64,000 nucleotides of DNA from Pyrinomonadaceae bacterium (GTDB taxonomy: Bacteria; Acidobacteriota; Blastocatellia; Pyrinomonadales; Pyrinomonadaceae). Positions 18,258 to 26,507 of this stretch are shown here, piece after piece; the stretch's first letter is position 1; each line of letters opens with the position of its first letter. The DNA lies in assembly GCA_036279935.1 (NCBI GenBank), contig DASURS010000253.1, positions 95 to 64,094 on the forward strand. The letters run 5' to 3'. The notes below the pieces were generated by a model. The model saw only the letters and a list, made by a program, of their open reading frames with translations. It was not told the origin of the DNA and did no database searches. The translations under genes and the position numbers were made by a program.

Positions 18258-19642
18258 CGTTTTCGTAACTGTAATAAACGATCGACACCCGCTGCCGCAA
18301 ACACGATTAACGACCAGTGCATCGGCTGCACGTAACGAATCTCGGTGTGCGCCGCGGTGCCGGGCACGAGATAGTAAAGTATCGTCACGAGAAACACACC
18401 CGTCGCAATCACGTCTCTTCGCGCCGCCGCATAGATCCCAAACGCCGCGAGCGGCAGAAACAGGTATCTCGTCACGCTTTGAATCATGCCCAAAACGTTG
18501 ACGCCAAACGCGATCACGCCGCCCTGCCATCGCGGCGGCAGCGTCTTCGCGCTCGTCACGTTGAAGCCGGCGATGCCGCAGTATGGCACCGGATCGCCCG
18601 CGATCTTCAACATGCCCCACATCCGCCCCATCATTACGCCCGCGTACCACACGGGATGTTGCTTGATGAACGCCATCGACTCTCGTGTCCGTTCCTGATC
18701 GCGGCGGATGCCGTCAGGCCACTGCACGTCGAATGGCGTGTTCGCAGGCCAGTTCATTTTCACGCGCTCGTGTTCGATCAGCTTATCGTCGCCGAAAAGA
18801 AAGCCGTTCTGGCGGCCGAGCTCGGTTTCGCCGAGTCCTTCCCATAGATTGACGCCAATCGTTCCGCCTGTCGGCGTGAAGTCCGGGAACGTCAGGTAAT
18901 TGCGAATAACGATGGGCGAGATCACGATCGCTGTGGCAGCGACAACGGCGCCGCTCATCAGTAACCGCCGGCGCCACGGCATTCGTGTGACGATCAGCAG
19001 CGCGACGGCCCAACCGACCGTCAGGTAAAGCGGATTGACTCGAATCCAGCACGAGACGCCGAGCAGCGCTCCCGCGCCGAGCGCCAGCAACACGCTGTTG
19101 CGTTTAGCGGCGATCAGCAATACCCAACTTCCGCCCATGACGAACCACGTCGACGGCAGGTCCGCGGAAGGATACGCGCCATACATCGCCAGCACCGGCG
19201 ACATGCCGGCGAGGAACGCAGCCGCAATGCCTGCGCGCCACCCGAAAGCCGTCACCGTGATGCCGGTGATCAAGAAGAACGACAGCATCAGGTCGATGGC
19301 CCACTGCACACGCTGCGCCGAATAGGCGGACCAGTCCGCGGTGAACATGTAGACCGCTGCGACCATTGCCGGATATGCGGGAGGGTACTGCGCGAGGTCG
19401 GTGCGCGACGGATCGTCTATCCAAAAAAGACGCTGGCGTCCTTCGATGATCGCGCGCGCCTGGCGATCGAATTTCGCGTACGAGCCGGTTTGAAACCAGG
19501 CGGGATCGTTAAGATGTGCGCGCATGAACTGCAACGTCAACACGCGCACACTCAATCCTGCTGCGAAGACGAGCGCGATGAGTATTATTTTTCGAGTCGA
19601 GGGGCGCTTCCAGAATGGCGGCGCGGCGGGGTCGCTAGACAA
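18254..19642 (-). CDS. GT-C fold integral membrane glycosyltransferase (ArnT/PMT-like)
   Basis: 462 aa with more than 10 predicted TM segments. Large early loop with a conserved-looking DDPS/YPP region. It is directly coupled to an upstream ArnC-like GT2. Confidence 0.6.
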   Translation of the reverse strand: MSSDPAAPPFWKRPSTRKIILIALVFAAGLSVRVLTLQFMRAHLNDPAWFQTGSYAKFDRQARAIIEGRQRLFWIDDPSRTDLAQYPPAYPAMVAAVYMFTADWSAYSAQRVQWAIDLMLSFFLITGITVTAFGWRAGIAAAFLAGMSPVLAMYGAYPSADLPSTWFVMGGSWVLLIAAKRNSVLLALGAGALLGVSCWIRVNPLYLTVGWAVALLIVTRMPWRRRLLMSGAVVAATAIVISPIVIRNYLTFPDFTPTGGTIGVNLWEGLGETELGRQNGFLFGDDKLIEHERVKMNWPANTPFDVQWPDGIRRDQERTRESMAFIKQHPVWYAGVMMGRMWGMLKIAGDPVPYCGIAGFNVTSAKTLPPRWQGGVIAFGVNVLGMIQSVTRYLFLPLAAFGIYAAARRDVIATGVFLVTILYYLVPGTAAHTEIRYVQPMHWSLIVFAAAGVDRLLQLRKR

Positions 19643-20612
19643 CAGCGTTCACCTCTGCGCTTTTCGATCGCTGTTTCTGCTTCTCGGCGAATCCGAGCCG
19701 CTCCTGGACCACGTAGAGCGGGCGTCGCTTCACTTCCGTGTAAATGCGGCCGAGGTACTCGCCGATGATGCCGAGCGAAACGAGCTGAACGCCGCCCATA
19801 AAAAGCACGGCGACGAACAGCGACGCCCAGCCGCGCGTCAAATGCTTGTCGAGCATGCGATCGATGATGGCGACGATGATTCCGGCGACGGCGATCCAAA
19901 TTGCCAGAAAGCCGGTCCAGATCGCGAGCTTCAGCGGGACGAGCGAGAACGAGATGATGCCGTCCATCGCGAAGTGGAGCATCTTTCTGAACGGATACTT
20001 GCTCTCGCCGGCGTGGCGAGGAGCGCGTTCGTACGGCAGTTCGATCTGGCGAAAACCTGCCCAACTCACCATGCCGCGCAGAAATCGCGCGCGTTCCGGC
20101 ATGGAGTTGATCACTTCGACGACACGGTGGTCGAGCAACCGGAAGTCGCCGGCGTCGAAGGGCATCTTCGTCTCGGAGAGGCGATTGATCAGGCGGTAGA
20201 AAACTTTCGCGGTCCAGAGTTTGAACGCGCTTTCGCCCTGGCGGTCGGTGCGGACGCCGTAGACGACGTCGTTGCCGTCGCGCCAGAGTGCGATCATTTG
20301 CGGGATCACTTCGGGCGGATCCTGCAAGTCGGCGTCGATGATCACGACCGCGTCGCCGGCGGCTTCTTCGAGTCCGGCAGTCACGGCGATCTGATGGCCG
20401 AAGTTGCGTGACAACAGCAGCACGCGCACATGTGGGTCGACGAGTTGTAGCTGCGTGAGCATTAGTTGCGTGTCGTCGCGGCTGCCGTCGTTGACGAAGA
20501 TCAGCTCGTAATCGAGCGTCGACATGCCGGCGAGGACGGACGTGAGCCGTTCGTGAGTCGCGCGCAGCACGGCTTCTTCGTTGTAGCAGGGAACGACGAC
20601 GGAAAGTAGCAT
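19635..20612 (-). CDS. GT2 polyprenyl-phosphate glycosyltransferase (ArnC/GtrB-like)
   Basis: MLLSVVVPCYNEE..., FVNDGSRDDT, VVIIDADLQDPPE (DXD), and two C-terminal TM helices. Start set at ATG 20612, because upstream codons lie in a repeat. Confidence 0.85.
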   Translation of the reverse strand: MLLSVVVPCYNEEAVLRATHERLTSVLAGMSTLDYELIFVNDGSRDDTQLMLTQLQLVDPHVRVLLLSRNFGHQIAVTAGLEEAAGDAVVIIDADLQDPPEVIPQMIALWRDGNDVVYGVRTDRQGESAFKLWTAKVFYRLINRLSETKMPFDAGDFRLLDHRVVEVINSMPERARFLRGMVSWAGFRQIELPYERAPRHAGESKYPFRKMLHFAMDGIISFSLVPLKLAIWTGFLAIWIAVAGIIVAIIDRMLDKHLTRGWASLFVAVLFMGGVQLVSLGIIGEYLGRIYTEVKRRPLYVVQERLGFAEKQKQRSKSAEVNAVV

Positions 20613-20625
20613 AGCTGAGTATCGA

Positions 20626-20752
20626 AAGTTTCCCGCAAAGGCGCAAAGGCGCAAAGACGTAAGACAATGACCCAAGACGCAACGGGCAAGACGCAGAGAG
20701 CGCCACTTGCCTGTCTAAAAACTTAGCGCCTTTGCGCCTTTGCGGGAAACTT
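20626..20752. repeat. perfect 27-bp inverted repeat (GCGCAAAGG words) flanking a 73-nt loop
   Basis: AAGTTTCCCGCAAAGGCGCAAAGGCGC ... GCGCCTTTGCGCCTTTGCGGGAAACTT. The loop contains about four AAGACG words and an inner GGCAAG/CTTGCC stem. Confidence 0.95.
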
Positions 20753-20754
20753 CT

Positions 20755-21567
20755 TCACTTCTTCGCAGTAACGATCACGTTCCAACCGATTCGCTGTCGC
20801 AGACGTTCGAACATGTTTTCGGAAACGAGCGGGGATAGAAACCGTAGCTCATCTCGGGTTAACTGTTCGACGTCAATCACGACGTTGCGAAACGAACTGA
20901 AGAGCGCGCGCGTTTCGGCGCGGCTGTAGACTTTTACGAGCGGCCGCGCATCGTGATCGCTGTGCTCGACGACGCGGCTCATTATGTCTTCCGCGGAGCG
21001 TCCGCGTAAAAACTCCAGGCCCAGCACGCCGCGACGGAGGACGATCTCGAGCCAGTAGTTCAACGAGTTGCGATGATAAAGCATTACCTTCGCGATTCCG
21101 CCGGGGCGTAGGACGCGATGCACTTCGCGAATCGCGCCGGCCGTGTCGGGCGTGTGGTGCAGGACGCCGTTCGAGTAGACGACGTCGAACGTTTCCGAGC
21201 GAAACGGCAGGCGCTCGCCGTCGGAGATCATAAACGAGCCGGGCGCGCCGTAAAGCCGGAAACGGTGGCGGGTGATCTCGACTGAGCGCGGCGTCAGATC
21301 GATGCCGATGCAACGCGCGCCGCCGCGAGCGAATTGCAGCAGGTCGGTCCCCATGCCGCAGCCGACCTCGAGCAGACGCCGGCCGCGAAACTTATCAAAC
21401 TCCATCAGGCGTGGCATCCACGGCGCGTATTCCGTGTAGCGGTGTCGCTCGACGGAATCGAAAAACTCGCGCGTCCCGAGCTCGTGCTCGCGCTCGTAAT
21501 CCGCGCCGCACGGATCCTGGCTCCACTGCTCGCGCGCCCGAAGTTTTTCCTCAGCCAGAGTGCTCAT
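20755..21567 (-). CDS. class I SAM-dependent methyltransferase
   Basis: LLEVGCGMGTDLLQFARGG motif I and GVLHHTPD. Start set at MSTLAEEK (ATG 21567). Confidence 0.85.
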   Translation of the reverse strand: MSTLAEEKLRAREQWSQDPCGADYEREHELGTREFFDSVERHRYTEYAPWMPRLMEFDKFRGRRLLEVGCGMGTDLLQFARGGARCIGIDLTPRSVEITRHRFRLYGAPGSFMISDGERLPFRSETFDVVYSNGVLHHTPDTAGAIREVHRVLRPGGIAKVMLYHRNSLNYWLEIVLRRGVLGLEFLRGRSAEDIMSRVVEHSDHDARPLVKVYSRAETRALFSSFRNVVIDVEQLTRDELRFLSPLVSENMFERLRQRIGWNVIVTAKK

Positions 21568-21607
21568 AACCACAAAGAGGCACAAAAATCACAAAAGGCA
21601 CAAATTC
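21568..21607. repeat. single-arm CCACAAAGAGGCACAAAAATCACAAAAGGCACAAA element directly upstream of a start codon
   Basis: Plus strand reads caTAACCACAAAGAGGCACAAAAATCACAAAAGGCACAAATTC. The TAA head overlaps the reverse-complemented ATG at 21567. No complementary arm lies nearby. Confidence 0.85.
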
Positions 21608-21616
21608 ATAAACGAG

Positions 21617-23212
21617 TTAGAGCGAGTCGAAAGCGTCCAGCACGCGGCGGGCGTTGTGCTGCCACGTGTGTTTCTGGAAAGCAACTTCGCGGGCGCGCGC
21701 GCCGAGACGCGCTCGCAGATCGGGCGACTCGACCAGTTTGATAATCGTTTGCGCGAGCTCGTCGACGTTTCCCGGCTCGACCAGCAGCGCCGTCTCATCC
21801 GCCTCAAGCACCTCGCCGATCTGCCCCAGTCGACTGGCGACGATCCCTTTCCCCATCGCCATGTACTCAAAGATTTTCGTCGGCGAACCGAAGAAATCGC
21901 TATCGTCTACGAGTGGTACATGAGGCGACACAAGGATATCGCAAGCGTCGAGCAACTGCGGCACGCGCTCGTGCGCAACCGCGCCCGTAAAAATCACCCG
22001 CCCGGCAGCCGTTTCCGCCTCCAAAATCCGCTCGACCTCGACATGCAAACTCCCGCTCCCGACAAACAAAAACCGCACGGGCACATTCGCGGGAATCCGC
22101 TTGATCGCCTCGGCAAGCTGCACCACGCCATGCCACGGCCCGAACGTCCCAACAAACCCCGCAACCACATCAGCGCCGGCAATCCCCAGCTCGGTACGAA
22201 CCTGAGCCCCGCCCACACCCGGTCGAAACACATCCGGATCGACGCCATTCGGATTGACAACGATCTTCGCCGCAGGGACGCCACGCGCCACAAGGTTCTG
22301 CCGTTCCACCTCGGAGACGACAAAAATACGCGCCGCCGCCCGAAGGTTCAAACGCTCATACCGCTCCAGCAGATCCAGACTCCCAACATGATCCCAATGC
22401 CGTCCGACCCAGACTTCCGACCCGTTGTATTCGAGAAACAACGGGCGCCGCGTCCGCCGCGCAGCAACGACCCCGGCCCAACTGAAACGCGCATAACGCT
22501 GGTAAATAAAATCCGGTTGCGCCTGCTCGATCAACGGCACGGCCGCGCGCGTAAAGACGAGGTTGTTGTGAATGTCGAACAGCGCCCGCGTCGGTCCGGC
22601 CGCCTCGGGCGGAATGATCGTGAACGGATGTTTCGACGTGTCGAAACCGGCAATCGCGTCGTTGCTGATAATCTGAACATCGGCGCCGAGCGCGACGAGT
22701 GCTTCGACGACGCCTTTGATATGACTCGCAGCGCCTCCCGCCTGCGTTCCGGGCCCCGGCGTCGCCCGCAGATAGATGACGCGCGGATGATCCGTCCTGA
22801 TCGGTGAGAATTCGTGTTTCTCATGCTCGAGTGACAACAGCTCACGACGCGACTGAATCAAGTCGAACAAACCCGTCACTGCTGTATCAGTCAACATCGC
22901 GGGCGAGCCGGCGAGAACATCGAGTCGAGACGCACGCTGAATCCCACCATGCGAGTCGATCAGCACCGACTCCCGCGCGCCGGCAAGCGCACCGAAGAGC
23001 ATGAACAACTCCTGCCCTCGCTGCCACGCGAGCCGCTCGGTCGCGACCGCAAACACATCCGGCCGCCGCGCACGCAACGACGACAAGCGCTTCATCAAAC
23101 TCCCATTCTCAAAGTCGCTGCGTGAAATGGATTCGATCGACGCGTTCGGATACAACCGGGCGAGTTTGTCACGAGCGGAATCGCCGCTGAGCGCAAGCAG
23201 CACGACTTTCAT
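21617..23212 (-). CDS. GT4-family glycosyltransferase with an about 190 aa N-terminal domain of unknown function
   Basis: C-terminal 340 aa are typical GT4 (...FVGTFGPWHGV..., SPTKIFEYMAMGKGIVAS, EX7E-like). Start set at MKVVLLALSG (ATG 23212), with an ATGA overlap to the flippase stop. Confidence 0.8.
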   Translation of the reverse strand: MKVVLLALSGDSARDKLARLYPNASIESISRSDFENGSLMKRLSSLRARRPDVFAVATERLAWQRGQELFMLFGALAGARESVLIDSHGGIQRASRLDVLAGSPAMLTDTAVTGLFDLIQSRRELLSLEHEKHEFSPIRTDHPRVIYLRATPGPGTQAGGAASHIKGVVEALVALGADVQIISNDAIAGFDTSKHPFTIIPPEAAGPTRALFDIHNNLVFTRAAVPLIEQAQPDFIYQRYARFSWAGVVAARRTRRPLFLEYNGSEVWVGRHWDHVGSLDLLERYERLNLRAAARIFVVSEVERQNLVARGVPAAKIVVNPNGVDPDVFRPGVGGAQVRTELGIAGADVVAGFVGTFGPWHGVVQLAEAIKRIPANVPVRFLFVGSGSLHVEVERILEAETAAGRVIFTGAVAHERVPQLLDACDILVSPHVPLVDDSDFFGSPTKIFEYMAMGKGIVASRLGQIGEVLEADETALLVEPGNVDELAQTIIKLVESPDLRARLGARAREVAFQKHTWQHNARRVLDAFDSL

Positions 23213-24471
23213 CCGCGCACCGTCTTCGGGAAGATTGAAAGCCCCGTCGCAGAGAAGAAGTGACGTGCGACGAGCGTGAAAATCAACGCGTAACTGATCG
23301 TCGACGCGATCGCCGCACCCTGCGCGCCGAAACGAGGAACGAGAACAAACACCAGCACGAGGTTGATGACCAGCGTGACGACCCAATAGATCGGAATCGC
23401 GCGCGGCACCCCAAGCGCGTTGAAATGTTGGACCATGACGGCTTCGATCCCGACCAGATAAACGCCCGGCAACAGAATCAACAAAAGCGAAGTCGCGGGC
23501 GCGAAAGCTGAACCGTAGATCAACGGTAACGCGAAACTAAACGGCACGGCTGCGAGACAACAAAAGAACGTGACGAGCGCCGTGTATCTCGTCACCTGCG
23601 CGGTCATCTCGCCGCTCGCATCCTGCTCCGCCGTCACCCGCGGGAATAGCATCGTCGCGATAACGCTCGGCAGCAACATCAGCAACGTCCCAAACTGTGT
23701 CGCGACACTGTAAACACCAGCTTCATCCGCGCCGCGAAAGTGGTTCACCACCAGCAGGTCCGCACGGAAGATGATCGCACCCGCAAGGATCGAAACATGA
23801 AACTTGATTCCGTAGCGAATCATCTGACCCAGCAGCGACAGATCGGCGCGCCACTCCGAACGCGCAATTTTCCGGGCGGCGATCACGATGAAAACAATCA
23901 CGACGACGCTCACTAACATCGCGGCCGCCGTGTTCATGATCACGAGCGTCGCCAATCCTCGCCGCAACAGGACCAGCGCTATCAAGGAATTGATCAGTAC
24001 AAACGACTGGCCCACCAGGTCGAGCAGGTTGAACTCACGAATTTTTCCGACCGCGAGCAGTATGTTCAGCCCGATCAGCGTGATCAGTTGAGACGGGATT
24101 GAAGCAGCGGCGATGCGGATCAGGTTGGCGGAAACGAACCCGAACCAGTCGGGCCGAGTCGCGGCCAGCGAACTTAATCCCAACGCCAGCAACCCGCCTA
24201 TCACGAACGCTACCGAAACGGAGTTGACGACCGCCGTGCGAAGCCGCCGCGGATCCTGAGCGATGAAATAGATGTTCGACGACGGCAGACCGAGGCTTCC
24301 GAGTTGAACGATCGTGGCAACCGCCACGTTGATCACCGCCAGCTCGCCGACGCCTTTCGCGCCCAGCCAGTGCGCGACGATGATGCCCGCCACGACGCTG
24401 TTGACGATCATCAAAACGCGCGTCGTGAAGGTCCACGCTACTTGGCTTGAAAAGCGGGAACTATTTTCCAT
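23209..24471 (-). CDS. Wzx-like oligosaccharide flippase (MOP/polysaccharide biosynthesis protein family)
   Basis: 420 aa, about 12 TM segments, N-terminal ...NSVVAGIIVAHWLGAKGVGELAV pattern typical of Wzx/RfbX proteins. Cluster context supports the call. Confidence 0.75.
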   Translation of the reverse strand: MENSSRFSSQVAWTFTTRVLMIVNSVVAGIIVAHWLGAKGVGELAVINVAVATIVQLGSLGLPSSNIYFIAQDPRRLRTAVVNSVSVAFVIGGLLALGLSSLAATRPDWFGFVSANLIRIAAASIPSQLITLIGLNILLAVGKIREFNLLDLVGQSFVLINSLIALVLLRRGLATLVIMNTAAAMLVSVVVIVFIVIAARKIARSEWRADLSLLGQMIRYGIKFHVSILAGAIIFRADLLVVNHFRGADEAGVYSVATQFGTLLMLLPSVIATMLFPRVTAEQDASGEMTAQVTRYTALVTFFCCLAAVPFSFALPLIYGSAFAPATSLLLILLPGVYLVGIEAVMVQHFNALGVPRAIPIYWVVTLVINLVLVFVLVPRFGAQGAAIASTISYALIFTLVARHFFSATGLSIFPKTVRG

Positions 24472-24581
24472 ATATCATTTTCCGTTTGTCGTTTGTCATT
24501 TCGACTTGTTGTTCCAGTAACGCCGTGGGCGAAAACCAAATGAGAAATGACAAACGTCAAATGGCAAACGGAAAATGGTTA
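24468..24581. repeat. intergenic hairpin with CCATTTTCC/GTTTGTC-word arms, same family as 6657-6895
   Basis: CCATATATCATTTTCCGTTTGTCGTTTGTCATTTC ... GAGAAATGACAAACGTCAAATGGCAAACGGAAAATGG. On the minus strand the asnB-2 stop reads TAA-CCATTTTCCGTTTGCC. Confidence 0.9.
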
Positions 24582-26507
24582 CCTCGGGTCGATCCAGCGC
24601 TCATACCAGAGACTCAAATTCAGCAGCGCCCAAAGATGAAATCCCCAATCCTTCGCCTGGCGCCGATGTTCGTCCAACATACGGCCGACGAAATCGTAGT
24701 CGAGCAGGTTGCGCCGCCGCATCGTCGAATTCATCAGGTGCTCGTCAAACCAGCCGCCAAGTCCTTCGCGAAACCACTCGCGCACCGGCGCGCCAAACCC
24801 GCGCTTGCGTTCGTAGAGCAGATCGTGCGGCAGGATCTCTTCGAGTGCGCGCTTCAGTATGTGCTTGCCGCTCGTGCCTTCCACTTTCAACGACCGCGGC
24901 AGTCCGAGTGCGTATTCAACGAGGTGATGGTCCAGGAACGGCACGCGCGCCTCGACGCTCGTCGCCATCGTGATCTTGTCGACGCGCATCAATAGCAGCT
25001 CCGGCAGACGCAGTTTCAACTCGAGATACGTCATCCGCGCCAGAAAATCCGAACTGGGCCACTCTTGCTCTACTTCCTCCAGATACTGTTCGACGATTTG
25101 CAGCGACGACAGGCCATTCACTCGCTCGCGCATCTGTCGCGACAACACGCGTGGCTTGAACGACTCGTCGTAAACAACCACGCCGCCCCAGAACAGCGGC
25201 TCGCCCGCGCCGAGCCGGCGAATCAACTCGATCGCCGCGCGCTTTCGCCCGGTCGCCTCGAGCACGGGACGCGAAAGGTTCGAAACTGCCCGCCGCAACC
25301 CGAGCGGCAGTTTTTCAGCGTGCCGCCAGAAGCTTTCGTAGATGCGAAGATGCCGGACGTAGTTTTCGTAACCGCTAAAGATCTCGTCAGAGCCTTCGCC
25401 GACCTGGATCACGATCGTCCCCGAGTCGCGCGCGAGTTTCGAAACGTAATACAGCGGCACGCAAACGGGGTCCGCGATCGGTTCGTCCTGGTGAAACACG
25501 AGGCTGGGCAGAAACTCGCGCATCTCCTTTTCGGAGATGATCACCTCGTGATGGTTCGTCGCGAACTGTTGCGAGATGCGGCGCGCGGAGTCCAGCTCGT
25601 TGAGATACGGCGCGTCGCTGAAGCCGACGGTGAACGTGTCAACGGGCCGCGTCATCAGCTCTGACATGAGCGCGACGTTGGCGGATGAATCGACGCCGCC
25701 GGACAGGAACACGCCGAAAGGCACGTCGGACATCATGCGCTTGCGAATCGAGTCGCGCAGCAGACGAAGGATCTCGGCGCGGTGGTGAGCTTCGTCCGCG
25801 GCGGGCAGGTCCTTCGGCGCAATGGCGTTCCAGTAAGGTTGCGTCGTTATCGTGCCGTCGCGCTTCAGGATTAGAAAGTGGCCCGCGGGAAGTTTTTGAA
25901 TATTGCTGAAGAGCGTGGACGGCGCGGGCGTCGTCAGAAATGTCAGATAGTCGTAGAGCGATTCTTCGTCGATGTCCGCTGTGACCGCCGGATGTTGAAG
26001 GATCGCCTTGATTTCGGAAGCGAAGATGAAGCGGCCATTCTGGTGATAAAAGTAGAGTGGCTTGACGCCGACGCGATCGCGGACGAGCACGAGTTGTTCG
26101 CGGCGCGCGTCCCACAACGCGATCGCGTAATCGCCTTCGATGTCGTGAATGAAGTCGAGGCCGCGTTCTTCGTAGAGGTGCAGGAGCGTTTCCGAGTCGG
26201 TGCGCGACGCGTACCGATGGCCGCGTTTTTCGAGATCGACGCGCAGCTCAGCGTGGTTGTAGATCTCGCCGTTGAAGACGAGCCACGTCTGTTCGTCGCA
26301 GCCGTGCATCGGCTGGTGACCAGCAGGCGAAAGGTCGATGATCGAAAGTCGACGAAAGCCAAAACCGCCGCGGCGATCGTCGAACACGAGTTCGCCGGAA
26401 TCGTCCGGGCCGCGGTGGACCATCTCGTCGCGCATTCGTGCGAGCAGCGAAGGCTCGACAGTTCCTTCACTCGCGCCGTATTCCCAAACTCCGCAAATTC
26501 CGCACAT
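24579..26507 (-). CDS. asnB: asparagine synthase (glutamine-hydrolysing) family amidotransferase, polysaccharide-cluster paralogue 2
   Basis: MCGICGVWEY N-terminus (Cys2) and SGGVDSS PP-loop. The ATG directly abuts the upstream TAG stop. Confidence 0.9.
   Translation of the reverse strand: MCGICGVWEYGASEGTVEPSLLARMRDEMVHRGPDDSGELVFDDRRGGFGFRRLSIIDLSPAGHQPMHGCDEQTWLVFNGEIYNHAELRVDLEKRGHRYASRTDSETLLHLYEERGLDFIHDIEGDYAIALWDARREQLVLVRDRVGVKPLYFYHQNGRFIFASEIKAILQHPAVTADIDEESLYDYLTFLTTPAPSTLFSNIQKLPAGHFLILKRDGTITTQPYWNAIAPKDLPAADEAHHRAEILRLLRDSIRKRMMSDVPFGVFLSGGVDSSANVALMSELMTRPVDTFTVGFSDAPYLNELDSARRISQQFATNHHEVIISEKEMREFLPSLVFHQDEPIADPVCVPLYYVSKLARDSGTIVIQVGEGSDEIFSGYENYVRHLRIYESFWRHAEKLPLGLRRAVSNLSRPVLEATGRKRAAIELIRRLGAGEPLFWGGVVVYDESFKPRVLSRQMRERVNGLSSLQIVEQYLEEVEQEWPSSDFLARMTYLELKLRLPELLLMRVDKITMATSVEARVPFLDHHLVEYALGLPRSLKVEGTSGKHILKRALEEILPHDLLYERKRGFGAPVREWFREGLGGWFDEHLMNSTMRRRNLLDYDFVGRMLDEHRRQAKDWGFHLWALLNLSLWYERWIDPR

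Noticed and set aside
18258-18650. N-terminal extensions of the longest-ORF calls: 18258-18650, 34263-34601, 43727-43870, 54123-54371, 14066-14164, 23213-23386, 57996-58166, 52579-52689, 1570-1641.
   Set aside because: In each case a conserved family N-terminus begins at an internal Met (MCGIAG, MTNYQ + Exo I motif, a signal peptide, MKFPGG, MDIRTILLPTDFS, and so on). The extension either overlaps the upstream gene or runs through a repeat element. Several internal starts create ATGA or TAG-ATG coupling junctions.
19524-20706. Long ORFs antisense to, or out of frame with, well-supported genes. Examples: 19524..20411 (+), 19585..20706 (-), 21560..22807 (+), 36031..37338 (+), 60018..61067 (-), 54351..54929 (-), and many others in the track.
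   Set aside because: They are fully contained in regions already explained by CDSs with clear catalytic motifs. Their translations are Arg/Ala/Pro/Gly-rich low-complexity strings typical of off-frame reading of GC-rich DNA. None shows a recognisable motif or sensible start context.
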